Assembly: GCA_964252035.1 (NCBI GenBank)
Contig: OZ176205.1
Strand: one strand, 5' to 3'
DNA: 64,000 bases
Source: Podarcis erhardii
Taxonomy: Eukaryota
Below the pieces are notes generated by a model. It saw only the letters and a list, made by a program, of their open reading frames with translations. It did no database searches and had not been told where the DNA came from. Shown piece by piece: positions 49,401-62,901 of the stretch; position 1 is the stretch's first letter; the number at the start of each line of letters is the position of its first letter. A program made the translations under genes and the position numbers.

Positions 49401-50587
49401 CATTTTAACCGATGGAAGCTCGTTACTAGTTAAAACACACACTGCAGCCGTATTGTTAGCGGGTAATCTTTCCCACACGTACATAAAAGGAGGCAGCCCC
49501 TTGCCTTTTGTGATGGCCTTAGTTACTGGTTTTATTTTTATTTTTGAAGGTGAGGGATTGTTATATTTTTAAAATGGGTGTGTGTGTGAGAGGGGGTGCT
49601 AGTGTATTTCACTGAAGGTAATTCCCCATAATTTAAGTAACTGTCCTATTCAACAGATTACTGGGTAAATAAGGCACTGAGGAAATATTTTTGAAGCTGG
49701 TTAATGAACATGTTTCATATAGTAGAGGAAATTGCTTCTATGTTGCTTGATTCAAGAGATGTTTCTCTTTGGAGAGCAGCTGTGCTTTAAAGCTAAATTA
49801 AAATCCTACATTTGCACTTGGGATTGATTGCTGTGTTGTGCCAATTACCAGTTACAAGTTGGTTTAAGTGGTAACTAAATCACCAGTAATTGACTGGTGC
49901 AGATATTTAAGCCTGCATCTCTGTGATGCCCTGGAGAGTGTCCCAAGGGCCATAGGACATATAGGAGTCTCTTGGCCATGGTTGAAGATAGAGCTTGATG
50001 TCCAATCCTGCCCCTTTACTGTTACCAGAAAAGAAGGACCCAACTCCCCAGGTTCATTACCTGCCAAAGATAAATGAGCTGAGGCAGAAATCAAGTGAAG
50101 GCAATGAGCACTTTTCTGGTAATACCACCACCACAGAAAGCCAGCAATGCCTTTGGAATTCCCAAGATTGGTAGTGCTGAAAGGGACATGTTAAAGGTTG
50201 TTTGTTCAGAGACATGTCAGGAGAGGACCAGAAAATCAGTTGGCTCTAAAGTCCTCCTAGTTCCCTAATATCCCCCCAGACTTAGAGACATTTTAGACCA
50301 GGTCTCCTTTTCCTTCATTGTTTCCAGTGAGAGGGTAAATGTAAAGTAAACTTCTCTTTGCCAGTGTGATCCAGACAAAGCTAAGGATGGTCAATTAAAC
50401 CACCTTTGGTACCCTTGGGGACACACCTTTAATTGCCCTCATGCTTCTTCACTATCAATTGTTTGTAATCTTACGCATACATACACATTCCATGGAAATA
50501 AATGAGACATAATTATCTAAAAACAGTGTTTCAAAGTAGGCCATCAACTACTTTTAATATTCTTAATCACTGTCTCACCTATATGTA

Positions 50588-50848
50588 CAGTGGTGCCTCG
50601 CAAGACGAATGCCTCGCAAGACGAAAAACTCGCTAGACGAAAGAGTTTTCCGTCTTTTGAGTCATTCCGCAAGACGAATTTCCCTATGGGCTTGCTTCCC
50701 AAGACGAAACGTCTTGCGAGTTCTTGCGAGTTTTTTTCCTTTTTCTTATAGCCGCTAAGCCGCTAATAGCCATGCTTTGCAAGACGAAAAAACCGCTAGA
50801 CAAAGAGATTCGCGGAACGGATTAATTTCATCTTGCGAGGCACCACTG
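50588..50848. mobile_element. Tc1/mariner MITE (CAGTGGTGCCTCGCAAGACG type)
   Basis: TIRs CAGTGGTGCCTCGCAAGA / TCTTGCGAGGCACCACTG, TA TSD, internal GCAAGACGAA repeats. Confidence 0.88.
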
Positions 50849-51299
50849 TAATACTTTTTGCAAAAATGATCTGGATATCTGAGTTCTTTTGTGGCTCAAG
50901 ATGCTGCTTATTTTCTTTAAGGCTAGTGCCCTATATGGATGGGGAAAGCTAGATAGTTTACTTGGCTACTGAAATGTTAAATGCTAGTTGGACTCTACAA
51001 AAATAATCTGATATGGAAACGTTCATACAGGTTACTGTTCGTGCGATGCTAGATGTATACATGGAACTTTATAAACAAGTGGATTCTTGCACCTAGTAGG
51101 TATTCCCACCCTGTAATAAATTATTGTTTGGATATAGGCACACTGAGCTTCTAAGGTGGAAAAAACCCCAGTCAATCCTAAATATGTCTATTCAGAAATG
51201 CATCCTGATTAGTTCAGTGGAAGTCGCTGGAACTTACTTCTGTGTAAGTGTGTATGCAGTCTATGTGAAATGAGCTGGAGAGAAGTTCTCATAACTAAG

Positions 51300-51630
51300 C
51301 CAGCCTTCCCCAATCTGGTGCCCTCAATAGCTTTTGGACCACAACTCTTACGGTAATTATTCCTGGCCATTGGCCAAGCTGGCTGGAGCTCATGGGAGTA
51401 ACAAGGGTGTACCTAGGGTTGGCCCTCACCAAGGGTGCAAAAATTGTGCCTCTCCACTCTGGCTTGGAGTGGCTAGGAGCTCGCTGTTCTACATGCTCCC
51501 TAGGCACCTTGGTGGAGCTCCTTGCCAAGGGCACACGGTGTTGGTTGGGCTCCTTTCCAAGAGTGTAGGCCTCTGGGAGTTGTAGTCTGAACAAATATTG
51601 AGAGCACCAGACTGAGGAATGCTGATCTAA
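51300..51630. mobile_element. Palindromic squamate MITE (CAGCCTTCCCCAA... type) split by a second insertion; degenerate copies at ~10683-10810, 25440-25572, 45950-46050
   Basis: Ends CAGCCTTCCCCAATCTGGTGCCCTC / GAGAGCACCAGACTGAGGAATGCTG are imperfect inverted repeats; shared GGACTACAACTCCCA-like motif across copies. Confidence 0.6.
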
Positions 51631-54254
51631 GGTTGTGCTTCTGAGCTGCGTACAAGCACTTGTTGATACTAGGTAAAGGGGAATAGAGGTGCATTTTTTG
51701 GACAGCTGCACCCAATTCCTTTGATAGGTAAGGCTTTTCATAATGCATGTTGCTCTGTGCTCTATTACTTTGTGTCTTCCCTAGTGGATAAATTTCCAGC
51801 CAGTGCTTCGGTAGCAAGAAGGAGTTTTGAACAGTGGAGGATGGTGTAACCTGATTGTACATCATACATAATTTTTATGGGAAATTAAAGCAATCATACA
51901 TTGATAACTGACCTAGGCTCTGTAGAAATTAATCACCTCTTCTCACCTCTGTTGAGTTGTGAAAATATAACAATTACAATTGAACTGAACACTTAAAACC
52001 ATGTCCTGTAATCTCTTCATACGTGATTATTTAAAACAGGTTCAAATATGTTTACAAATTTGTAGCTGTTGATTCTCTGAAAATAGGAGACTGCTGTTCA
52101 GAAGCTTTGCTGCAGAGATGATTCAGTATAAATAAGTTGGCAATGGTACGTTTTCTTCATTGTAAGCAGGATAATCTCATGAAGGGTATTTGTACAGGTC
52201 AGTTGCATGGTTTATGACCTTGACTGCAGTAAAAATATACTAACAGCTCTCATTTCTCCTATATTTTTCCCTAGTCCAGAAGTCTCCCTTCCTTTTATTT
52301 GTGTTCGCTACCCATTTCTCATCATTTTAGTTCATATGTTCCAGAGTAAGCTTGACAACATTTATTGGATTTCATGCTAATTGGTAGCCAACCCTCTTGC
52401 CACTGCTCCTGGTGTTAATAGCCAAAATCAGATTACAATAATGTTTAGCTACTGCAAGTAATGACTTATTTTATCTTCCAGTAACCAGCAAGTATTTTCA
52501 GCATGGCATGCTAAGCTTCTGGTGACTTTGAGATAAGGAATAATATTAACTCTTAAACAGAGATCTTATATGAGTTTTTAGAAGTAAACATAATAAAGGC
52601 ACTTAGCAAGGGGAGAACACCATACTCACTTCATTATTTTTCACCCTACAAAAAAATGAAATCACTTGCTCTTGAACTGACAAATGTATTAGGCTAGTTC
52701 TCAAAGCTACCAACTCCCATGGGTTGTTTTCTTCCTGCATGTAAAGCATTTTGGGATCGTGCTGTTCTTAAAGTATAAGTGAGATGAAGGCTTCTCCTTT
52801 CTCTTCTGTCCAGATGTGGCGTTGACCAGTAAGTGTCTTGTGCTGGGAAACAAAACATGCGAGAGGAGTATATTATGTACTTTAATAAAACAAAACAAAA
52901 ACAGCCTTGCCCTTCTCGGTCAGCTTTCACATGAGGCACCAAGTAAGTCCTTTTTATAAGCTGGTGCTTTTTGTCAGCTTATAAAGGGCTTAAACCTCTG
53001 CTCTCATCTTACTTTCTGAGAGGGAAGAGAGAAAAGGCAGCCCCCACTTCTATTTAAAATAGTTGCAGCAGCCTGCCAATCCCGCTTAACATGTTGTGTT
53101 TCTCTCCTAGTTCTGCTATGCTGTGTCCCTGTGAAGTCTTAATCTAATAAAAAATCTGGATTTATTTACAAAGAAGGAATATTCAGCACATTAAGAATTG
53201 TTACATCAGGCACCTAAAGAATGTATTTGTTGCAGAAAAATATAGTATTAAAACCACCCTGAGACTTCGGGTATAGGGCGGTATATAAATTCCAGTAATA
53301 CTAATATTAATACTAAATAAAAAACCCAGTGAACCCATATTTAAACAGATTTTTAAAAACCTTTATAAGACATTATGTGTGGAAAAAATAGTCGCTTAGA
53401 AGTGTGAAAAAAAGGAAGCTTATTGCCATGAAATGAAGCACAGGTTAAATAATAAAAATAATAAGAGCTTATATTAAAACAAAGGCTCTGATGACACATG
53501 ACCAGTACTGGCAGTGGTGACAGATTAACACATGTCCAAAAGATGCACGATTGTGCACGGCGCCAAACCTGGAAGTGACCCTAAAACATGGTAGGGGGTG
53601 GGGTGGAGCGAGCTTATACGTGTTCAGAGAGCAGAACCCCTGCACAGTTGACCGTACTGCGAATACCCCAACACCATAAGTTTGAGAGTGGAGATTAAAC
53701 TGTATATTGGTGACTCCATTCTTTTGGAATTAATGTAGTTTACATTGCAAGAACTCAAAGCCTCATCATAATTTTGAATATGTTGAATTTGCAGGTCCTT
53801 GGCTATCTTACCTGGCCATGCTGGGTGGGGCTGATGGGAGTCAAAAACATCTGAGGGCTCCAGGTTAGAGATAACACTAAACCTAGCTGGTTCATGGACA
53901 GTGCTGCTCAGAGACTTCTCAACATGAGATGAGTAACTGCTACAGTAAATATATCCAAATGCACACACTAGCTCTAGTATAGACAGTACTCTGTGTTGTT
54001 GTTGTTGTTGTTGTTTCTATCCCACCACAAGGTAGCTTAGAGATAAAAACAAGCACTAACAGCACAAGTAAACAATAATTAAAAAACAATTAAACAGTGA
54101 CAGAATTATATAAAATCTATTAAACCCATACAAAAAAATCTTATTCTAACCTCAAAATTCTAGGCTGCCAGCCATATAAGCTTTCTCTTCTTCTAGCCAT
54201 AGTTGCCAGTTCATTAAAAAGTTCTCAGTGACTTAAATGGACATAATGTCTTGT

Positions 54255-54256
<2 letters not shown>

Positions 54257-54295
<39 letters not shown>
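54257..54295. repeat. (AC)n microsatellite
   Basis: Direct reading. Confidence 0.9.
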
Positions 54296-54297
<2 letters not shown>

Positions 54298-55711
54298 GAA
54301 TTATGTACAGAGATGATAGAAAATCTCATTTGTTAGATGGTCCCTGCATTCACTGATCATTGTGCCGTTGGCCTGGATAGTCTGAGGACTCTCCTGGTTC
54401 TATTGGTTGCGGTTCCCTGACTTAAAGGAGGCAGGGAGAACGAACTGGGAGTTTGCACACTTTCGGAAGAAGCATTTACACTGAAAAAAATGTTATGACG
54501 ACAACAATAATTATTCAGTTACACAGAAATGTTGTGTTCTGCTCTAATAATATTTCCCCCTTGCAATTGCCCATTCTCTCTAATCAAAATACTGTGTATT
54601 GTAATACAAAGAGGTAAATTCAGGACTGTGTGTGTGTGCCTTTATTCTGTCCAAGTGCAGAATCTGGTTGTGGGAACAGAATTTAGCATCCTTAATTTTC
54701 ATTTTAAAAACAGGTTTTGAACTGAGTGTATAAGATTTTGTATGTTCTCAGGAAAGCTCTTGTAGTGAATTTAAGTTTGAAAAGATACATGAAAATCTAG
54801 GAGAAACTTAAGGATATATAATTATGACATTACAAAGGGATAATTGTTTTTCCCATGGAGAGAGAACTATATATAGTAGTCTCTTACCTACATACACAAA
54901 CATTGTATAATCCTGGTAGACAGCTTGCTTCTAATTTCAAGAGCAGCTATTCATTCCCCCCAAAATATTGAATCTGTGTCTTTTGATATTTATAAAATAC
55001 CCAACTAGGTAAGAAAAAGACCCTGCTGGCCATTTGATTTTCTGAACAGAAGGCACTGTAAGCAACAGTAAATGTATCTTTTGTGAAAGATATTGAAAGA
55101 TGAGCTTCCAGGTGGAGCAAATGAGTTATGATTGATGCACTTTTTTGACTGTGACTTGAGTTTACATTTATCCAACCCATTTAGAGTTAAAGAAATCAAC
55201 TTTCCCAATATACTTGCTGACATCCTGATTTGCATCGATATTTCCACTTACTTTAGTTTATAATAAATCCCTGGTTATTTTTCCTTGAATTGCTACCTTC
55301 AGCAATATAGGGGATGCTCCCTGTAATAAGTCATTGAAATCTGTCATCTTTAGCTCAGACAATGTAGTGCTTCCTCCAGTACCATCTGTCCTTTCCATTC
55401 TGGGGACCTTATATTCAGTTGTTGGCATTGCCTGCACCATTTTCCCACTGCCTTCCTACATTTCCTATATTGTGGGCATTTATTTCAATTTACACTCATT
55501 CATCCTTCAAACGCACTGCCCAGGCTTGCGCCCCAGGAGGTCATTTCAGTGCTACTAACACAGCAGTTTAACATCACACACACACACACACACACCCCCC
55601 ACAGAACCACCACACACTCCATTGTTTCTTGAGGCAGAAGGCTGCCTACTTCAAAATAATTATATTTGATCATTTGGTGGCTTCTTGTTCCCAACAAGTT
55701 CTGTGGTAGTA

Positions 55712-55912
55712 CAGTGGTACCTTGGTTCTCGAACGACTTGGCTCCCGAACAGCGCAGACCCAGAAGTGTTCCAGTTTGCGAACTTTTTTTGGAAGCTGAA
55801 CATCTGATGTGGTTTCCGTGGCTTCCAATTGAGCGCAGGAAGCTCCTGCAGCCAATCAGAAGCCATGCCTTGGTTTTTGAACGGATTAAGTTAGACAACC
55901 AAGGTACTACTG
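55712..55912. mobile_element. Tigger-like MITE
   Basis: TIRs CAGTGGTACCTTGGTT / AACCAAGGTACTACTG, TA TSD. Confidence 0.85.
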
Positions 55913-57579
55913 TACAGAGGTAGTCAAGTGAAGATCAAGAGCAGTAATCAAAGAATTGTGATCAACCTTAGCTGTTCATCACAAGCCTGCCCACCTCACA
56001 GTGCCTCTATATTGCAGCTCCAGCACTTAAAGCGTGGGGGGGGGGGGAGCTTTCACTCAGCAGACGTGAACCTGGCTGTTAAATGAAATAAAGGGATAGG
56101 AAGTAGAATTAGCAAGAGTGGAGCAAGAAAGCGAAGCAGAGTGCGACAGATTTGATTGGGTTGTTTTTATCACCAGGTCTGCGTCAGTTTAATGAAATGT
56201 ATATATTGTATGGTTTTGGACATGGTTTTGCACATGAGAGAGTGTTGACAAGTCATAGGCCACTGTGGAACAGAATGCTGGACAAGATGGGTATTTGGTC
56301 TGACCACACACAACCACACACAATGAGTTTTGCAGACTGGATTATGTGTACCTGTCTTCTATAAGTTTGAAGATTAAAATACCTTGTATTGTTCAGGCTT
56401 TACAGTTTAAGGTGGGTACAAGGTACATCAGAAGTCAGACTTGTGGGTTCTTTGGAGTCCTATGTGTTGGGTGTTTGTTAAAGGAATTGTGTACTTATAT
56501 GGTTGGTGGGTGGTTGATGGAAAACCTTGGGTGGGAGACAGGGAAATGTTAGTCTCCTAGGATGAGAGGCTGGGAGGAAAAAGGAGGGACCACAGGTGAC
56601 AGCTGGGAGAGGTTGCTACCTTCTGTGGTGGTAGACACTGAGAACAGCCTCTAGGAGAGGACTCCATATTTTACTTGTTCTGTTTGTTGTTGTTGTTGTT
56701 GTTTTGTAGCTGTTATTGTATTGTGAAAAACTTTAGTAAAAGATATTTTTAAAAAGCAAAACTCGGACTTATGACTTGTCTTCCTCAGACAAACTACAGA
56801 CCACACGTAAGGAACAAACTTTGGCTGCATGGTCTGAAGCAAGACAAACCAGGAGCTTGGGTTTGGACATAACACTCAGCCAAACTATGGCTTAGCTCCA
56901 GGTTGTGTAGCAGCAGCAACATAACTGAGGGAGGAGTGAAGTGGCCATAAATTTTGCTGTGATCACCTGCGTGGTTGTGGGTTCATGCTGGGGCGTGGTT
57001 CGGCTTAGTGATACACATGAACCAGGCCTTAGATTTGTAGCTGAACTATGTTGACAAATGGAATTTTCCACCGTATGTTCTGCTCCCTTGTGCAGGTGTT
57101 TACAAGCTGCTAGTGTAACCGAGTAAAAGCTTTTTTCATAACAGGCAGAACAATCTTGGTGGTTCAACATTCCCTTTTATATTCCTGATCATTTGCATGA
57201 TGCAATCATTATTTTGTCTCTTTTATCATGGACTCTAGTTTTTGCTTTTTAAAGCCCTGCTCCTAAACCTCTGGCTTGTTTGTTGGTAGATAAATTCTTT
57301 CAGTATTGTGTATGTTTTTATTTTGGTTTTTTAAAAAACAAAATTTTTATACGTATTTAACTTCTCTGAGACTTTTTGTAAAAAGTACCATTATTATTTT
57401 TATTATTATGCTATCCTCCTAAACTAGCACATCTTCCTCTTTGAATACCAAATAATTCAGTGCATTTTTCAAGAGTGGTGCAAAGTTGGTGACACAACTT
57501 TAACTATTGGGTAGGTGTAATTACTCCAGAAAACATTAACTGTAAACTGTTAATAGGACTAATCTGCTTGTCTTTCTGT

Positions 57580-57723
57580 GTCAGAATAGCTTAGTTGGTA
57601 GAGCATGAGACTCTTAATCTCAAGGTCATGGATTTAAGCGCCACATTGGGCAAAAAAATTCCTGCATTGCAGGGGGTTGGACTAGATGACCCTCGTGGTC
57701 CCTTCCAACTCTACAATTCTGTG
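57580..57723 (+). mobile_element. SINE: tRNA-Lys(CTT)-derived head fused to CR1 3' tail
   Basis: TAGCTTAGTTGGTAGAGCATGAGACTCTTAATCTCAAGGTC...TTGGGC directly followed by ATTCCTGCATTGCAGGGGGTTGGACTAGATGACC...ATTCTGTG. Confidence 0.85.
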
Positions 57724-60189
57724 AGCTAATGACTCTGATGTTTGCATTTGGTTGCATCTAGATGTAGGGAGGTATCCAATAAAATAGTTCCATTAGTGCA
57801 ATAATAATAGAATAATTCTCTCCTCATTCTGGGGTTTTCTGCAACCCAGATTTGGGGAGGTCATTGCAGGAGGAGTAGAGAGAGGAGAAGTTCTGTTGCA
57901 CAAATGCAAGTTCTTGTGCTAATGGAGCTACTTCATTGGGTATTTCTCCTTTATGTGTCACTGCTAGCTGATTGTCTAGTGTCTCTTGGTTACCTCTATA
58001 GCTATCCATCACTCATATCTCTAGTGAATATAGCATGTCCTTGAGATAACAAGCAACTTAAAATCTTGTCATTGAAGCATTTCCAGGACAGATCTAGGAA
58101 AATTGCAGTCAGTTGTTTCAGATGTGATTTCCACTTTGTTTATTTTTATTTTTTAACTTTTCCTCATAGTTCAAAAATTTTATAGTTTAATCTTGTGGAG
58201 TGCTAGGTGCTACTCTGAGACGTACCTCCAGATTAAATGTAGCAGCAAGTTTTTTTGCTGGGAAAGCCTTCACTGATGTAACTTGCTCCTTTAAATATGC
58301 AAAGAGGCAGGTTTCACCTTCTAGAATGGTTCCCAGCACCATTCAGTTTGTCGTTCTGCAGAACTTTGGAATCATTTTTCTGTGGTTATTTCAAAGTCTA
58401 AGTTTAGGCTCTGTGGGAGTTTCCATCACCTTTCTTTTAAGTCCTCCACTGCCTACTCAGTTGGGGTTAACAGAGCTGGCATGTCTGTTTTTATGTCGAC
58501 TCTCCTTAGTCCAAAATGAGTTGAGTGACAAAAAGCAATTCCAATTTTGATCTAGAGATGGCAGCAGAGCCCCCTTTTGTCTCCTTGCTCTGTTTACTGC
58601 CTCCAGGCACAATTTGTTCTAGGAGGATGCTGTTCTAGAGTTAGTGGGGGCGAAACAAGACTTTATTTCACCTGGGCCAAGACCCAGTTTTTGCATATTT
58701 GTGTACACAAACACACAGAGGCTGGGAACCTCAAGGACACCCATCTGGAGGCTTCATCACCCTCTATTAAGTTTGTGTGCTTTGGGCCTCGGAGGCTTAA
58801 GAACCTAAATACCAGTCCCAAAATAAGGGCTAGCAAGGTTTATGCAGGAGAGCTTTTTGGCCAGCCTTACGCCAGTCTTCTCTTCCATATCCACAGAGAG
58901 CACACACAGTTGCCTTGGAAACGTCAGCTGACTATATTTACCAGTTGTGGAGAACAAGGCTTGAATTCCCCCTGGACACTGTTTTTCCACAGCACCATAT
59001 GTATAAAGAGTTATATTCAATCATTCCAGGTGTTAGACCTGTAATAGTATCAACTCTGGAAAAAAGTGTGTTAGAGACATGAATCTAATTATCAGTAGCA
59101 GCGTACACATTAAGGAAATGGGAAGGGTTTTGCTAATTCCTTTCTGGGAGAATTCACAAGTGTTTATGGACTCCAGTGATAATTTCTGGTCAAAGCAGAG
59201 AGACTGTCCGTATGGCTACACCTGCGTAATGTGGAATTTAATGTTGACTTCTCTACGGACTGTTTAAAAGGCAAATTGCCCTCAAACACTTTCAACTAAA
59301 AGGTGATGAATGACAGAGGTGCTCATTTGAGAACTGCCCGTTTAATTGACACCTGGATATTTTATAATCCAAACAGTAAAGAAGCCGCTAGTTTTTTAAC
59401 GGTGCATCAAGTTTGCACTAGATTGTATCACTTATTTATCAGCAGTTTATTTTTAGTGCTACATTTACCTGCAACTAAAACTCAGTTTCAGGGTGTGTCT
59501 TCAATTCAAATCACTATTTGATGGGACCTGTACTCTGCTAGTTTAGGTACACTTTTAATCACTGGATCCTGTCCCTTTAAATATAGTTATTGTACTGTAA
59601 TGGCTTTTCCTAAACCTTTGTCCTTTCCCTGCCTCCTCCCTTCTTCTTGCTCGCTAATGGGATTGCAAGTCAATACTCCTCTTCTCTTTCCCTTCCTACT
59701 CTCCTCTGTTCTCCTGCACGCCCCCACCAAAGACCTCCTTGTCTTCAAACCTTCCTTAATTTTACACACACACACAGATTTTTACTCCCCTTCCCAGGGA
59801 CCTGTCTGGTCCATCATCAGGTTACATTGTTTGCTAGTGTTAAATTAGCTATTTGCAGATAAAATTGAAAAGAGTTTAATTTTAAACAGTGTTCTTAAAC
59901 TCTTAGGCACTTGCAGATTGAGATGCTTGCAAGGCTACCATTACAAGCCTCTCACCATTTTCATTAGTGAATCATTTCACCAAAGGAGGAGACAGTAGCA
60001 AGGGAAAAAACCTGTTAAAGAAATAGCAGGTTTTCAACAGTGCCAACACACATTTTGAAGAGATTAACACCAAGCTAGTGGTGGCAAGGAAACAGTAGCC
60101 TTATTTTACTTATTCAAAACTATAGACATATTTAAACATTTTGTGCTTAAAGAGGCAGTGGTGGATCCACGGCTCAGAAAGCCCACCCA

Positions 60190-61090
60190 GTTACTAACAT
60201 CCCTTTATTGACAAAGGTGATAGAGAGGGTGGTTGTAGAGCAACTGCAGATATTCCTGGAAGAGACTGATTACAGTGGTACCTCAGGTTAAGTACTTAAT
60301 TCATTCCAGAGGTCCGTTCTTAAACTGAAACTGTTCTTAACCTGAGGTACCACTTTAGCTAATGTGGCCTCCTGCTGCTGCTGCGCCGCCGGAGCACAAT
60401 TTCTGTTCTCATCCTGAAGCAAAGTTCTTAACCCAAGGTACTATTTCTGGGTTAGTGGAGTCTGTAACCTGAACCGTATGTAACCTGAAGCGTCTGTAAC
60501 CCGAGGTACCACTGTATCTGGATCAAGTACAGTCTGGGTTCAGACCTGATTTTGGAACTGAATTGGGTGCCCTCATAGGTGACCTTTATCATGAGAGGGA
60601 CAGGATGAGTACAACCTTATTACTTCTGCTTGATTGCTTAGCAGCCTTTGAAACCCATCAACCATGATATCCTCCTGGACCAAATTAGTGAGATGGGTGT
60701 TGGAGGCACTATATTACAGTGGTTCTGTTTGTATCTTTAAGGTTGTACCCAGCGAGTAGCACTGGGTTTGTGTTTCTCACCTCTCTCCCCTGGCATTTGT
60801 GCTATGGGGTTTTGCATGGTGCTGTTCTCTCCCCAGTTCTGTTTAATACATGTATGAAGCCATTGGGTGTGATTATTAGGAGTTTTAGAGCAAGGTGTCT
60901 CCAGTATGCTTATGATACACAGCTCTACTTCTCCATAACATCTGAATCAGGAGAGGTCATGAGAGCTTTGGACCAGTTTCTGGATGCAGTGGTGGACTGG
61001 ATGAGGACCAATGATCCTGGGAAATTGTGGATTCTTTGGGTGGAGGGTTCACATGTTCATGAAATTGGGTTGCACTTCTTCTGAAGGAGG
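60190..61090 (+). mobile_element. L2 LINE RT fragment interrupted by a MITE
   Basis: Homologous to the 41.2-41.7 kb L2 (LLDCLAAFET, LQYAYDTQLY). Confidence 0.8.
60273..60514. mobile_element. Tigger-like MITE family A inserted into an L2 LINE
   Basis: Full TIRs and TA TSD; removing it restores L2 sequence gactgatTAtctggatc, homologous to ~41212-41230. Confidence 0.9.
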
Positions 61091-61408
61091 AAGTTTGTCA
61101 GATTAGACCTCTGGTCTACCGGTATTTTAACAGGGATGCCTTGCAGGAGAGGTCATTTGTTTATGATTCAGTCAGGCACAAATAATACCTTCTTTAGTGC
61201 TGCATTGTGAAGGGAGCAGGTGCCTTTCTGTTCAGGAGGCACAAACCTATTCCATGGCTGTGTTCAAGTACCTAGTCCATGCTTTCAATTCATTCTGTGG
61301 GGTCCTGGCATCTTTTTCAGTGTTTGCAATCTTAACGCTGGTCTTTTCTCTTGCTCTCTCATAGAGTGTTTTGCTGTTTGAAAGCTAACGTCGGTGTTCT
61401 CGGTAAAC

Positions 61409-61465
61409 ATGGAAGAATTGCAAGATGTCCAATTGACGGAGATCAAGCCCCTCCTGAATGATAAG
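61409..61465 (+). CDS. NDRG3: NDRG3 first coding exon (whole exon 61365-61465); gene continues beyond right edge
   Basis: ctctctcatag|AGTG...ATG GAA GAA TTG CAA = MEELQDVQLTEIKPLLNDK|gtaatt, recognised as the NDRG3 N-terminus (mammalian MDELQDVQLTEIKPLLNDK). The window ends in an acceptor-like ttattcttattttgacag that may precede the next exon. Confidence 0.92.
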
Positions 61466-62901
61466 GTAATTCTGGCTGTGTTTGAGCATTAGCAAAGCAC
61501 TAGTCATTTTATGTTATCTGTGAGCAGTACATAAGGGTTGTGTGTAATTTAGAATTCTGTACTGTTTGGTATTAAGAAATAGAACTTAACGTTATGAGAA
61601 GCTCTACGTATTCCTCCCCCCCCCTAAAGTCCATCACTTCAATGTAACTGAACACAACCCCTCGCCCTTAAATATTGTCTCTGTTGCCTTTTGCAAATTA
61701 TAGATTGCAAACTCCCTGGGATGGGTGCTCTTCCTTCTGTTGTAGCTTCCATCATCTCTTTGAACATTGATGATAAAGAGTCCTACGACACTTTAAAATA
61801 AATAAGTTTGTTGGGCTAGATTCCAATGCATCAATCCATAATAGCACGGAATACGTAAAGAATGAGCTGTAAAGATAATACCATACACTTTCAGACCAAC
61901 GTCTGATGAAATCTCCAAAGCCGGGCTGGGGTGGGATTACTGGTTGGGAAGGGCAAAGGACTTCAGTGCCCTGCATTGTTTCTTGCTCTTCCCTACAAGT
62001 AGCATAAGAAGAATGCATTATGCAAGAGTAAGTGGAAGGGCACTTCTTGCAAAAGACAGACCTTCAGGATTCTTGATTTCTCCATCCCTTGATCCTCAGG
62101 AGTGGCCCGGGGGGGGGCTTGGTGCAGGGAGGGCACAGGAAAGCCCGTTGCATGAGTGGAGTTGCATTCACTCTTCTCAGGATCCAGCCCGTTAATTATG
62201 ATTTCAGCCTTTCTTTAGTACATAATTTGAGGTACCTTTCACAAAGAATGCATAGGATATCTTTCTCATTTCAGTTTTAACTTTGGTTCTTATTTTGGTT
62301 CAGTTCTTAGCATTTTCCAAGGGTGTGCAAGTGTGTGGGTGAATAGTGTGATCACTAAATTTTCTCTGGTGATTTACAGTGATGAGCCAATGTTTTCCAG
62401 CTATTTCTGCAAAATCCAGTCTTATACTGGCCTTCTCTTTTTAGCTTGTGGTGTGCCTTGAACACTTATGGGCCGTCCGGTTTTTCCTCTCGCTACCGTG
62501 TCTGTCTCGTCCACTTACTATTTTAACATATTTCAGTTTCAACTTTTAGATGCCTGCTAAAAAACTTTTTATTCCATCAGGCTTATGTGGGCAATTAAGA
62601 ATATATATTTCCATAATAGCTGGTTTCTGGTTTTAACTTTGTATGTGGCTTTTATTGTATGGTTTTATATATAATTGTTGTAAACCACTCTTGGGTTTTT
62701 TAAAAGAAATGAATGGCGGTAACAAATATTCGTTTTACCAAGCCCGCACACTACAAAAAGTCTTTCCTCTTTTTAAAGGGAGTTGAACTAGTAGTTTTAT
62801 ATCAATATAGACAGAAAGCCATAGCCAGATCCAGTGATAAATTACATAGTAGCCAGAGGTTGAGTGTTTTGTCTAAATGACCATGCATGTTTAAGAAGTT
62901 A

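Noticed and set aside
53085-53151. Acceptor (ctcctag at 53110) followed by AATAAA, suggesting intronic polyadenylation in NDRG3 intron 1
   Set aside because: Very short putative terminal exon with no clear downstream U/GU element; AATAAA is common in this AT-rich intron.
57580-57652. tRNA-Lys(CTT) gene
   Set aside because: T-arm and acceptor stem are mutated, there is no T-run terminator, and it is fused to a CR1 tail, so it is a SINE head.
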